DNA from: an uncultured Nitrososphaerota archaeon
Lineage (GTDB): Archaea; Thermoproteota; Nitrososphaeria; Nitrososphaerales; Nitrosopumilaceae
DNA: 64,000 nt
Assembly: GCA_963701075.1 (NCBI GenBank)
Contig: OY969559.1
Span: forward strand, 1,728,001 to 1,792,000
Direction of reading: 5' to 3'
Shown: piece after piece, positions 50,025-59,478 of the stretch
How the letters are laid out: each line of letters starts with the position of its first letter
Numbering within the stretch: the stretch's first letter is position 1
Translations under genes and position numbers: made by a program
The notes under the pieces: model-generated
The model's database searches: none
The model's input: the letters and a program-made list of their open reading frames with translations, nothing else
What the model was told of the DNA's origin: nothing

Positions 50025-50390
50025 TCAAGAGTACAAAGACAGATCCTCGATATGTCGTGCCTTGCCTTTTGTTATCTTGATCAATCTTCGTCTAAATGAG
50101 AGATCTACAGTCATGCGGTGCTCAAGGTGTGAGACTGTCCTTTTAGTAAGATATGCCCCCTTCCTGTCGTAATCAAAAAGTACAATCAGTTTCTTGAATT
50201 TTGGCATCGAGTCTACAAATTTTACCAGGCCCTTGAAGCTGTGAAACTGGCAGATCCTGCCAGAAAAGCCAAGTTCTCGTAGTGCTTCTTCGTCTTTTTT
50301 TCCCTCCACTGCTACAATACAGTCCTTTTTTGAATTAAGAGAATGGATGAAATGGTGTAACTCTGATATCTCAGATTCATCAAGATGCAT
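50025..50390 (-). CDS. small TOPRIM-domain protein
   Basis: VEGKKD and FDYDRKG motifs. Confidence 0.85.
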   Translation of the reverse strand: MHLDESEISELHHFIHSLNSKKDCIVAVEGKKDEEALRELGFSGRICQFHSFKGLVKFVDSMPKFKKLIVLFDYDRKGAYLTKRTVSHLEHRMTVDLSFRRRLIKITKGKARHIEDLSLYS

Positions 50391-50438
50391 GGTTTTATTT
50401 GCAATTAAACATATTAAGCAATTTTCAAAGATTCATCC

Positions 50439-51129
50439 ATGGCAAGCGTTCTGGCAATACAGAATACAAGAAATGAAGGAATTGCCACGCTAGGCAAGTT
50501 ATTTGAAGAAGACGGTTTTAGCATTACAACAGTTCTTGCAAAAAAAGAAAAAATCCCGTCAATTGACCCCCGTGTCATAGTAATACTTGGTGCGCCAGAG
50601 AGTGCAAACGATGACCTACCTTACCTCAAAGAAGAGATGGTATTGATACAAAATGCAGCCAAAAATAATACCCCGGTTCTTGGAATATGCCTTGGGTCGC
50701 AGCTTATCGCCAAGGCATTTGGTGCCAAGGTCTACCAAGGCAAGAGAAAGGAGATAGGATTCTATCACGACATAGAGTTTGACAACACTACAAAATCAAG
50801 GCTCTTCCAAGGAATGCAGAGTCCTGCCACCGTATTTCATTGGCATGGAGATACGTTTGATCTTCCCGATAATGCCATAAGGCTTGCCCATTCAAAAGAC
50901 TATCAGAATCAAGCAATAAAGGTTGGAAGCGCAGTAGGGGTACAGTTTCATCTAGAGGTAGACGAGCCCACAATCCAGTTATGGCTTGACAAATCCAAAG
51001 ATGAGCTGAAGTTCGGTACCATACATTAGGCCTGAAGAGATAGTCAAGAGTATCCCTCAAAATATCAATACCGTACAAAACAACATGCGAATATTTTACC
51101 AAAATTTCAAGTCAGAGTTTAATCTTTGA
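50439..51129 (+). CDS. type 1 glutamine amidotransferase (frameshift near 51010)
   Basis: GICLGSQ, HWHGD, QFHLE; C-terminus continues in another frame. Confidence 0.82.
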
Positions 51130-51199
51130 TAAAAGTTACTGGTATCATTTCTGAGAATCGTCTTCTTTCAATAAATACAAAGAAACATACCGCCATCAC

Positions 51200-51661
51200 A
51201 TGAAAGAAAACACAAAGATTGTAATTATCCTAGGCATTTCAATAGCAGCCATATCTATTGCTTCAATTTCAATAATGACTTCCAATAGGGAATCGTCTGA
51301 AGAACCGTTACATTACATGGGGGTCACAAAAGAGTTCTGGCTATTCAATAGTGATATTCCTGACTTTAATGAGACCAAAATGAACATGCCACATGATGTT
51401 TTTAGCATGCAAACCATACACGTTATAAAAGGAGATACTGTTCTGATTCACTTTTTCAATCTAGAAGAAGCAGGAGGGGATACTCATGACTTTGTCATTG
51501 GCCAACCATACAACATAAGTGTAATAGTGTATCCTGGTGAAAACAAAACTTTTTCTTTTAATGCAACCACAGCTGGAATATTTACTTACGAGTGTACATT
51601 CCATCAACCCACCATGAGAGGACAATTAATAGTAGACGAACCAAGCGCATTCAAGGACTGA
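51200..51661 (+). CDS. membrane-anchored cupredoxin-domain protein
   Basis: THDF...YECTFHQPTMRG type-1 Cu ligands. Confidence 0.82.
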   Translation: MKENTKIVIILGISIAAISIASISIMTSNRESSEEPLHYMGVTKEFWLFNSDIPDFNETKMNMPHDVFSMQTIHVIKGDTVLIHFFNLEEAGGDTHDFVIGQPYNISVIVYPGENKTFSFNATTAGIFTYECTFHQPTMRGQLIVDEPSAFKD

Positions 51662-51753
51662 TTACAAAAGACAGATTTCATTTTTGAAAAAACTAAGTGT
51701 GGTGAGTCAATCATCTTTTCATCATGGCTTTTTTTCAAATTTACGTTTTCATT

Positions 51754-52755
51754 TTAATGAACACATATTGGATTTCCAATGCAATGTAGGTTTGCACCTG
51801 CTAGAACAGCTCCCGCAAGATCAGCGTTTGTAAGATTCGCTCCTGTCAAGTCAGCATTTCCCAAATCTGCATGCGTAAGATTTGCAGACGCCAAATTGGC
51901 ATTCTTGAGTACTACCGAGCTAAGACCCGTATTTTGCAAACCTGCTCCAGATAGGTCGGTTCCCGTGAGATTAGAATTGGACAGATCAGCGTCCAAGAAA
52001 TTGGCACCTGATGCGTCTGCAGATGTAAAGTTAATGCCTGTCATGTAACATTCTTGAAAGTTGGCGCCTTTTGCATTTGCACCAGATAGATCCGCGCCCA
52101 CAAACTCTGAATGACTAAAATCAGTATTTACAAGTGTGATGTTTTCAAGCACGGCCCAGTTTAGAGAAGAGCCTCTAAGGAAAGAGTCGCTAAGGTCAGC
52201 CCCAGTCATATCTGCAAACCGCAAATCAAGATACTGTCCCAAGACGCTCACAAGGTGTGCATGTTGGAGATAGGCTCCTGGCAAGTCAGCATTTCGTATA
52301 TCCGCGTAGTTTAGGATTGAGTTTTCAAGATGTACATCTACAAGATATGCCTTCTCAAGATCTGCGCCAGACAGGTTGATTCCAGTAAGATTTGAACCAT
52401 GAAGGTCTGCATGGTTCAGGTTTACACCTGAAAAATTGCAGCCAGACCAGGTAACGATTGGAAAGTTCATATCTTGACAGTTCTTTGGTTGCCCTGCCTG
52501 AATTACTTGCGAACTCGGAATCATGGTAACAATATAACCTTCTTGCCCCTCTAGTTCCAACTGTAGCAAGTCATGTTGGATGGCATACCTGTACGCAGTA
52601 GTGAATGTCGATTCGCTTATCTTCCCTTCGTTAGCCCATTTTGCAGTATTTTGTAACCATGTAGGCGGGTTGTAATTTTCATTCTCCTCTTCGTCTTGTG
52701 CTGAGACAAAATAAATAGAACTTGGAATGGTCGCAATAACCAAGATTGCTACCAA
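51754..52755 (-). CDS. exported pentapeptide-repeat protein
   Basis: A(D/N)LxG repeats; N-terminal PTWLQNTAKW domain. Confidence 0.85.
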   Translation of the reverse strand: MVAILVIATIPSSIYFVSAQDEEENENYNPPTWLQNTAKWANEGKISESTFTTAYRYAIQHDLLQLELEGQEGYIVTMIPSSQVIQAGQPKNCQDMNFPIVTWSGCNFSGVNLNHADLHGSNLTGINLSGADLEKAYLVDVHLENSILNYADIRNADLPGAYLQHAHLVSVLGQYLDLRFADMTGADLSDSFLRGSSLNWAVLENITLVNTDFSHSEFVGADLSGANAKGANFQECYMTGINFTSADASGANFLDADLSNSNLTGTDLSGAGLQNTGLSSVVLKNANLASANLTHADLGNADLTGANLTNADLAGAVLAGANLHCIGNPICVH

Positions 52756-52981
52756 TCCTGCAACAAGATAGGAAAATGTATTTTTGGTCGTCTCAGATCA
52801 ATACACTTCACAGTATGCAGCATATTAGTAGAAAGGACGAATATCAACAATAATAACAAGAGATCATCTCAAAACCCCCGTTAATCAGAAATGATTAACT
52901 ATGATCCTTTTTTGTCAAGATATATTTTCCTGCATTCTGACAGAAGTTTAATGCCGTATTAAACTCTCTTAAACTCATTCC

Positions 52982-53100
52982 AATCTAACGCCCTACCTCT
53001 ATCTTGTTTCACATCCCAAAATCTGGTCTTTCGTCAATTAGCGGAGTGTGGGAATGAGGGACGAATGACGAACAGAGCGTAAGACCTGAAAGATCGCTAA
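52982..53100 (+). repeat. dispersed hairpin repeat, most complete copy
   Basis: AATCTAACGCCCT...TCACATCCCAAAATCTGGTCTTTCGTCAATTAGCGGAG...AGCGTAAGACCTGAAAGATCGCTAA. Confidence 0.9.
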
Positions 53101-53388
53101 GCAGGAGATTATAATTTTCCAATCTTCATCTTATAAAATACAACTAATGATGTAATACATATCAACAAAACTGGAATCGTAAATGAAAATTATTAGAATT
53201 AAGAGAATAGAAGAAAGGAAATTCAAATTAATAAATGCAAAACTTTGATTAAATGTGTCTTTGACTGTGTCCATGCTACACATCTTTCTAAATCCATCGC
53301 AGATATCAAACCCGGATTCGAAGTGAAAAACTGGCAGAGAATATCTTGAAAATAGTTTAACATTTTAAAAGATCGTAAAAGGTCAAAT

Positions 53389-53856
53389 TTAGTGGTTATA
53401 TGTAGGAATTATGCGAATAGTTTTTTCCATCGTATTGCCAAGAAACGAAATGCCGATTTTATAAATTCCTTCCTCATAGATAGCTAAACTTCCTAGACTA
53501 CCTTCGGTAAGATGCCAATTTTGAGTTACTGTCCAAGAGTTAGTCACAATATCACAATACATCGGATCTAGTCTGCTTGTCCATATGATGGTTCCATTTT
53601 CACTGGTTACAACCACGGATGGTCTTGAACACTGTTTCGAAGTAGTTGTTATGTTAAATTCAATTGGTTGACCTACTAGATATTGGTCATTCAGAATATC
53701 AACACTGAGTTTTATGCCGGTAGAATTTCTTTGAAATATGGAAATTTCGGAATTTTGTTGACTCACGATACTAGATTCCATAAAATACAACGCGAATCCC
53801 GCGATAGCTAATATGACAAGTCCTATTATAGTGAACACGGGAAGATAAAATCTCAT
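53389..53856 (-). CDS. membrane-anchored exported hypothetical protein
   Basis: N-terminal TM, Ig-like beta pattern with Cys pair. Confidence 0.65.
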   Translation of the reverse strand: MRFYLPVFTIIGLVILAIAGFALYFMESSIVSQQNSEISIFQRNSTGIKLSVDILNDQYLVGQPIEFNITTTSKQCSRPSVVVTSENGTIIWTSRLDPMYCDIVTNSWTVTQNWHLTEGSLGSLAIYEEGIYKIGISFLGNTMEKTIRIIPTYNH

Positions 53857-53966
53857 CTTGTTAAGTGGATAATTTGTACAATTTAAGAATTATGAAAGAT
53901 TGTTCTTTTATCTCAAAGAATATTTTCAAAACTGAAAATTATTTTAAAATAAAGTTGGGTAGTTGG

Positions 53967-54950
53967 TTATGACCAACTATTTGTTATTGACGCTGTTGTT
54001 GTCCCTGTTGCACTATATGACATTGATATTCCAGTACTACTTGTTGGTCCATTGTAATCTTTCATGGAGGAAGAATAAGCATCCACCATACCTGTATTGG
54101 GAACGTACAATGTAACAGAAGTAAAGCTTATGGATGAGGATGGGAAGTAGCTCGTTGTAGGAGCATCATATGCTTCTAGGCTCACAACTGGATATGGTAG
54201 GCTATCTGATAGCCCCGTATCACTGAATGGTATTACCGTAGTTACATAGTCGAAATCGTTGTTGTCTGTTGCGTAAGCAACCCATTCGCTGTCTGTGACA
54301 TCTGCATAATTTTCTGTCGATATGGAATCTCCCGCTGTTTCAGAAAGAGAATTGCCACAGAAAGTAGTGTCACAATACACTGAGCCATACTGGAAATCAC
54401 CCCAAATTTCAGTGAACATGAATGGTCCGTTGAGACTTCCAGTGTTTGTAGCATTGTATAGCCATCCCCCTTGTACCAACAAAGAAGATGAAGGACATGA
54501 TGGTCCAGAACTTCCAGAACCTGAACAATTAGTTAATCCATCCCAATAGCTTAATGCGTAATTTGTTTGTGCACTGCTTGGTGCCGAACCTATGTCTGTG
54601 TCACCAGTTATTTCATCATAAGAGGAATAATAATCAAATTCTCCTCCTGCAAAACAATGGCTACTACAATCTATAGTTGTGGGCCCCCAGCTCATAGGTC
54701 TCATATGTGGATGAATGCATGAAACTTCTTTTATTGTTTCATCTTTGAGGTTACCTGTGAGACAGCCAGCAAAATGCGGATGTGTTGTAAGCCAATTAAC
54801 AATAGGCTTTGGCATCGATAGTTCATTGACTGCATTTACATTGGGCATTATGGAGGTCGGTGATAACAGTCCCAATCCTATCACTATTGCTGAAATGATC
54901 ATTGTCGTTTTGTTGTTTTTGATGTTATTATTTGTCATTGTCCTCTTCAT
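53967..54950 (-). CDS. secreted protein, possible G1 (eqolisin-like) glutamic peptidase fold
   Basis: Signal peptide; ordered motifs YWDGL, LLVQGG, FTEIW, GDSI, SLE, ISFTSV. Confidence 0.5.
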   Translation of the reverse strand: MKRTMTNNNIKNNKTTMIISAIVIGLGLLSPTSIMPNVNAVNELSMPKPIVNWLTTHPHFAGCLTGNLKDETIKEVSCIHPHMRPMSWGPTTIDCSSHCFAGGEFDYYSSYDEITGDTDIGSAPSSAQTNYALSYWDGLTNCSGSGSSGPSCPSSSLLVQGGWLYNATNTGSLNGPFMFTEIWGDFQYGSVYCDTTFCGNSLSETAGDSISTENYADVTDSEWVAYATDNNDFDYVTTVIPFSDTGLSDSLPYPVVSLEAYDAPTTSYFPSSSISFTSVTLYVPNTGMVDAYSSSMKDYNGPTSSTGISMSYSATGTTTASITNSWS

Positions 54951-55094
54951 GTCCAGTACATGCTAATAAAACGGGCAGTTCATCATGGTTAGAAATAGTT
55001 AGATTCTAGTGCAATTGAACACAATACATTGCATGAAACACTCATAACGCTAGTTGGAATATTATTGTTCACTGCGACATTTGAATCTTTGATT
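54939..55094. repeat. ~155-bp imperfect direct repeat, copy 1 (promoter + regulator 3' remnant)
   Basis: Colinear with 56511-56666 at a constant offset of 1572. Confidence 0.85.
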
Positions 55095-55185
55095 CTACAA
55101 AAATGATGATATTCACCACCTATTCACTAAATTATTTTATGCATAATAAAAATAAAAAAGAAAATGAAGGGTTGTAGTTTTTCCG

Positions 55186-55719
55186 TTATTGTTGTACTTC
55201 TAGATTGAGAGGAATGCCGGAAGCTTTACCATCTCCTTCAAACATAACTATTGTGAGAAGATACATGCCAGGTTTGGTATCTTGGGATACTGAAATGCTC
55301 AAATTGGTCGTATCTCTTTTTGTTATAGTTATTCCGCTTGTTCCAAGTGATGGAAGATTGACAACGGTCTTATCTAATGTTGCAGATATTCCCGCGGGTA
55401 GGCTAGCCTGCCCTCCATGAATTAACCCTAAATGGTCATTCATGAGTGTTACACCTATTTTTGCTTGTAAGGCATCTGGCGAAGCAAAGATTCCTACTGG
55501 AATGACAGTACTCTGTCCAGCCTTAAGTACAATGTTCCTATCAGGAACATTCAACGCGAATGGGATTTTCTGGGACGCTGGTTGTTGTGCATCTGCCTTC
55601 TGACCAAAGAAGTTTTGTACAGATGCATCATGTGATTCAAACACAACTGCGGTTACAACTAATATTGCGATAGCAGATACAGCATACAATGATTTTTTAT
55701 GTGTGTTCAATTTTATCAT
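55186..55719 (-). CDS. exported Ig-like protein
   Basis: N-terminal TM; ISVSQDTKPGMY motif. Confidence 0.65.
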   Translation of the reverse strand: MIKLNTHKKSLYAVSAIAILVVTAVVFESHDASVQNFFGQKADAQQPASQKIPFALNVPDRNIVLKAGQSTVIPVGIFASPDALQAKIGVTLMNDHLGLIHGGQASLPAGISATLDKTVVNLPSLGTSGITITKRDTTNLSISVSQDTKPGMYLLTIVMFEGDGKASGIPLNLEVQQ

Positions 55720-55722
55720 CTC

Positions 55723-56394
55723 TTATTTGTAACACGATCCATCGTCACATATTGTCATACTGTTCGTTTCCGCGTAACCACTACTAGTACCGCCCCAGTA
55801 ATATGCTTCTGACGTTGACGGATTTCCTCCTCCTTGTGCCTGCGCATCATTGAAAACTCCTTCGTAGAATGTGTTGCTTCCGCTATTCACAAGGCTACAA
55901 TCTGTATAGTACGAACCTGATACACTTCCGCTGGTGTTGACAGGCGAACTGTCACAATATCCAACGAAGCCATTCTGGTCGTACATATCCACCTCAGTAG
56001 TCATTGCTACATAACCCGAACTTGATATCGTGTCTTGACCATAATAGCTAATGTTTGCATTATAATCTATGGTGGATGCAGAAGATGATATCGAGGGACT
56101 TGAACCGACACTGGTTCCATCATAATTATTGTAAGCTGTTGCTTCACTAACAGTCGAACTTGTTGATATTGCTACGAGTTGGTCTATACCACTGGATGGT
56201 GCATATGCACATGCCGCGGACGAACCAGTACACTGTCCATTAGAATAACTTGGTACTTCCTCGGTTAATGTCCATGGTCCACTTGATGTGTCACTTGTTG
56301 CAAATGCTGGAATTACTGAAACACCTAACAATAGTGCTGTGAATATAGTCACAATTCCTGTTAAAGCTTGTGGCTTTTCATTCTGTATTTTCAT
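55723..56394 (-). CDS. secreted Ser/Tyr-rich acidic protein
   Basis: Signal peptide ending PAFA; six Cys. Confidence 0.65.
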   Translation of the reverse strand: MKIQNEKPQALTGIVTIFTALLLGVSVIPAFATSDTSSGPWTLTEEVPSYSNGQCTGSSAACAYAPSSGIDQLVAISTSSTVSEATAYNNYDGTSVGSSPSISSSASTIDYNANISYYGQDTISSSGYVAMTTEVDMYDQNGFVGYCDSSPVNTSGSVSGSYYTDCSLVNSGSNTFYEGVFNDAQAQGGGNPSTSEAYYWGGTSSGYAETNSMTICDDGSCYK

Positions 56395-56510
56395 TTTGGA
56401 TCATTTTTCTCCTTTTGCTTTTTCCATATGAAGGGACTTTATCTTCATACCACACATATGAACATCTGTGTCATACGAATAACACATCTCATAGTGGTTA
56501 ATGTTAAGCA

Positions 56511-56666
56511 TGTCCTGTTCATGTCCAGTACATGCTAATAAAACGGGCAGTTCATTATAGTTAGAAATAGTTAGCTTCTAGTGCAATCGAACACAGAGTG
56601 TTGCTTGAAATATTCACAACGCTATTTGAAATATTATTGTTCTCTGCGATGTTTGAATTTTTATTG
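56511..56666. repeat. ~155-bp imperfect direct repeat, copy 2
   Basis: Colinear with 54939-55094; overlaps the 3' end of 56614..57177. Confidence 0.85.
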
Positions 56667-57177
56667 GCTCTTTTATGGTACAATCAATTAGTGATTTGAT
56701 AAACTCTCCAAGAAATACAGAATACTTTTCGTTGATGTTGTGAGGTATTGAAAACCAATGAATGGAGCCGTGGCTTTTATGCTCATAGCCTGCAAACCTG
56801 CCTGACCACATCTCCAAGAACTGCAAAATAGTACTCTTGTTTATGTCATGATATAGCAACCTCATGTATTCTACTGCGTTGTGCGACCCTAGCTTTTTTG
56901 CCAGCTGAATAATCTCTTTATCATCAACTAGCTCAAACAGTCCTTTTAGTGCATCATTTGGTGTTAACGTAGAATCAATCTTGTCGAAATTTACCTTGAA
57001 GGCATGTTCCTTTATCATTTGATTTAATGTCATGTTTATTGAGACGCTCTTCTTTTTTGCTTCTTTTTCCAATAACTCGTACGAATCAGGTTCTATGCGA
57101 AAGGTGTGAGATACTGGTCTTTTTGCATTCTTGTCCATTATCATGAAGATTACATCAAGATCGTACGTACGGTACAC
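56614..57177 (-). CDS. ribbon-helix-helix transcription factor (thaumarchaeal RHH + ligand-domain type)
   Basis: HTFRIE...LEKEAKKKSVSINMTLNQMI. Confidence 0.72.
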   Translation of the reverse strand: MYRTYDLDVIFMIMDKNAKRPVSHTFRIEPDSYELLEKEAKKKSVSINMTLNQMIKEHAFKVNFDKIDSTLTPNDALKGLFELVDDKEIIQLAKKLGSHNAVEYMRLLYHDINKSTILQFLEMWSGRFAGYEHKSHGSIHWFSIPHNINEKYSVFLGEFIKSLIDCTIKEPIKIQTSQRTIIFQIAL

Positions 57178-57205
57178 AAACTATTTTAGGGTTACGTATT
57201 ATAGT

Positions 57206-58290
57206 TAGGAGTTACGCAGTTGACCTTCACAAGATAGCCTAAGGATTCATTCCATAAATCTTAGATCCAAGACGATCCCCTCTTTGCAATGAACCAATCA
57301 AGATGTGATGTACTAGACTACATACAGTTCCTCATAGCATCCCAGAAGACCTTTACATGTACAGAGGCTGCAAGATGCCAGCCCGTGGAGCTGTACAAAA
57401 TCCCATCCCATGACTCCTTTACGCGCCTTCTACAACGACAGACTCAAGACACTGAGACGGTTTGGAAGGAAGCAAAGGCAATGATAGGAAGCGGGGGTGT
57501 TATTGTAGTCGACGATACCACTCTTGACAAGCCGTATGCCTCAAAGATGGACCTTGTAACATGGCACTGGAGTGGCAAGCACAGATGTGTGGTCAAGGGA
57601 ATAAACCTCATCACGCTTCTGTGGACAGATGGAAAAAAGCGCGTACCGTGTGATTGCAGGATCTACGACGCACCTGTCACAGGTCTTACAAAGAACGACC
57701 GCTTCCAGGAGATGCTGGTAAAGGCCAGGCAGAGAGGCATGAATCCGCTGTATGTGCTCTTTGACAGTTGGTACTGCAGCATTGGAAACCTCCATCTTGT
57801 CGCAAAGCTTGGATGGTATTTTCTGACAAGGCTGAAAAGCAACAGGACTGTCAGTCTGAAAGATGGTAAGAACGTGTCAGTGAGTAGCATGGAAATACCA
57901 AAGCATGGAAGAACAGTCTACCTCAAAGAGTACGGAACCATAAAGGTATTCAGGACAGTTTCCAAAAACGGAGACGCTGAGTACTGGGCAACAAACAATC
58001 TGTCAATGAATGCGGTAAGAAGGGAGGAGCTTGAAAAACATGGATGGTCAGTAGAGGTGTATCACCGTGGAATCAAGCAGTGCTGTGGTATTGAAAGGTC
58101 GCATGTCAGAAAGGCAAGATCGATAATCAGTCACATACTCTTGTCTGTCAGGGCTTTTCTGCGTCTTGAGGCATACCGGATAGAGACAGGGACGAGCTGG
58201 TATGAGGCAAAGAGTGCCATAATCCGGTATGCGATACGGAACTATCTATCCCGTCCGTTCTGTCATTTGGGCTCAACTGCGTAACTCCTA
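57206..58290 (+). mobile_element. IS701-family insertion sequence, 1085 bp
   Basis: 18-bp TIR TAGGAGTTACGCAGTTGA (57206-57223 / 58273-58290); 5-bp ATAGT duplication (57201-57205 / 58291-58295). Confidence 0.9.
57289..58284 (+). CDS. IS701-family DDE transposase
   Basis: VDDTTLDKPY, FDSWY, WSVEVYHRGIKQ motifs. Confidence 0.9.
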   Translation: MNQSRCDVLDYIQFLIASQKTFTCTEAARCQPVELYKIPSHDSFTRLLQRQTQDTETVWKEAKAMIGSGGVIVVDDTTLDKPYASKMDLVTWHWSGKHRCVVKGINLITLLWTDGKKRVPCDCRIYDAPVTGLTKNDRFQEMLVKARQRGMNPLYVLFDSWYCSIGNLHLVAKLGWYFLTRLKSNRTVSLKDGKNVSVSSMEIPKHGRTVYLKEYGTIKVFRTVSKNGDAEYWATNNLSMNAVRREELEKHGWSVEVYHRGIKQCCGIERSHVRKARSIISHILLSVRAFLRLEAYRIETGTSWYEAKSAIIRYAIRNYLSRPFCHLGSTA

Positions 58291-58361
58291 ATAGTATTGT
58301 AATATATATAAAAAATATAGATTAGTGTTTCATAAATCAAGATTGTATCAATGCTTCACGC

Positions 58362-58471
58362 TCACATCCCAAAATCTGGTCTTTCGTCAATTAGCGGAGC
58401 CTGTCAAAACTGCTGTTTTGATAAAACTTTTCCTAAAAGTTTTGCAGAGCGTAAGACAGGAAGACCGCTTA
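58362..58471 (+). repeat. dispersed hairpin repeat with replaced central region
   Basis: Same arms as 36906/53014, but centre is two AT-rich hairpins (TCAAAAC-GTTTTGA; AAAACTTTT-AAAAGTTTT). Confidence 0.9.
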
Positions 58472-58482
58472 CCATTCCAAAG

Positions 58483-59391
58483 TTATGGATTTGGAACATA
58501 CCAGATACCGATGTTGCTTAGACCTACAATATTGTATTGATAACTCATAAGAGGACATGCAGTAATCTTGTTTACCCAAGGGAGATCATTCACAGTAATG
58601 TTTGATTGGTTATCGTATCCCACTGCAAATGGCATACCTGAACAAAATATAGTTAATGCGTAGAGTCCTGTCTGATTACCTGTTTTTATCCAATATACTA
58701 CTGTAGAATTTCCTTTTGGTATTGTTGTTCTGTTTCCTAGTTCATTCCATGTTGTAATTTCTGTGGCATTTTGATTCATGTTATTTGCGTTAGAGGCTCT
58801 GATTCCTAAAGGTGCAGGAAAATCATTAAAATTGGAATATCTCACACATATTTTTCCAATAGAATTTGCAGGCATGTATAATACCACTATGCCTGTGTTT
58901 GATTGTGGAAAAGGTGTGTCACATGGCTCAAATGAGACATGTAATGTAGAATTCTGAGAACTTGTTGTATTTTTCCCACTTGATGTTTCAGAGGGAAAAG
59001 TTTTTTCCGATAAGACAGGTAGCTTTACGAGGGGATTTCTTGCCCAGCCACGTTCTATCAAGATATTGGCTGTATCAGGTGTTACACATGCTGGAGAACC
59101 ATCTTGCGATTTAAGAATCAACTCAAACCCTGTTTCACATTGAATATCTTGTGCTTGTATCCCTGATTTTAATTGTCTTAGTGGAGAAAGCATTGTTTCA
59201 GGCTGTGCAAATATTGTATTACTGCCTACAACAAGTATAACCGTCAGAATTGCAATTATTGCAAGATGTAGAGTTTTCAAAATATACCGTTCTTCAATCT
59301 TCAAACCATAAAAAACTGGCGTAGATTCCCACAATAAGATTGTTCTAAAAAGAAGCAAATTCCTTAGATGGTGTTTTCTCGATTTTGACAA
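58483..59391 (-). CDS. exported protein with thaumarchaeal SPLxQ...GSPACV domain (true start probably near LKTLHL)
   Basis: SPLRQLKSGI...C...GSPACV...LIERGW motif after a signal peptide. Confidence 0.7.
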   Translation of the reverse strand: MSKSRKHHLRNLLLFRTILLWESTPVFYGLKIEERYILKTLHLAIIAILTVILVVGSNTIFAQPETMLSPLRQLKSGIQAQDIQCETGFELILKSQDGSPACVTPDTANILIERGWARNPLVKLPVLSEKTFPSETSSGKNTTSSQNSTLHVSFEPCDTPFPQSNTGIVVLYMPANSIGKICVRYSNFNDFPAPLGIRASNANNMNQNATEITTWNELGNRTTIPKGNSTVVYWIKTGNQTGLYALTIFCSGMPFAVGYDNQSNITVNDLPWVNKITACPLMSYQYNIVGLSNIGIWYVPNP

Positions 59392-59478
59392 AAGTTTAAT
59401 ATAATGACATCAAGACTCGGATCTCGTTATGATATCTCAAACTAGAATGCAGAATGGATTCTATCCAAACAAAAAGGA

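Noticed and set aside
36906-58471. Dispersed repeats as a CRISPR array or as small 'PLIDERPDFG' peptide genes
   Set aside because: No regular repeat-spacer periodicity and no cas genes; conservation follows base-pairing, and the centre is replaced without regard to reading frame.
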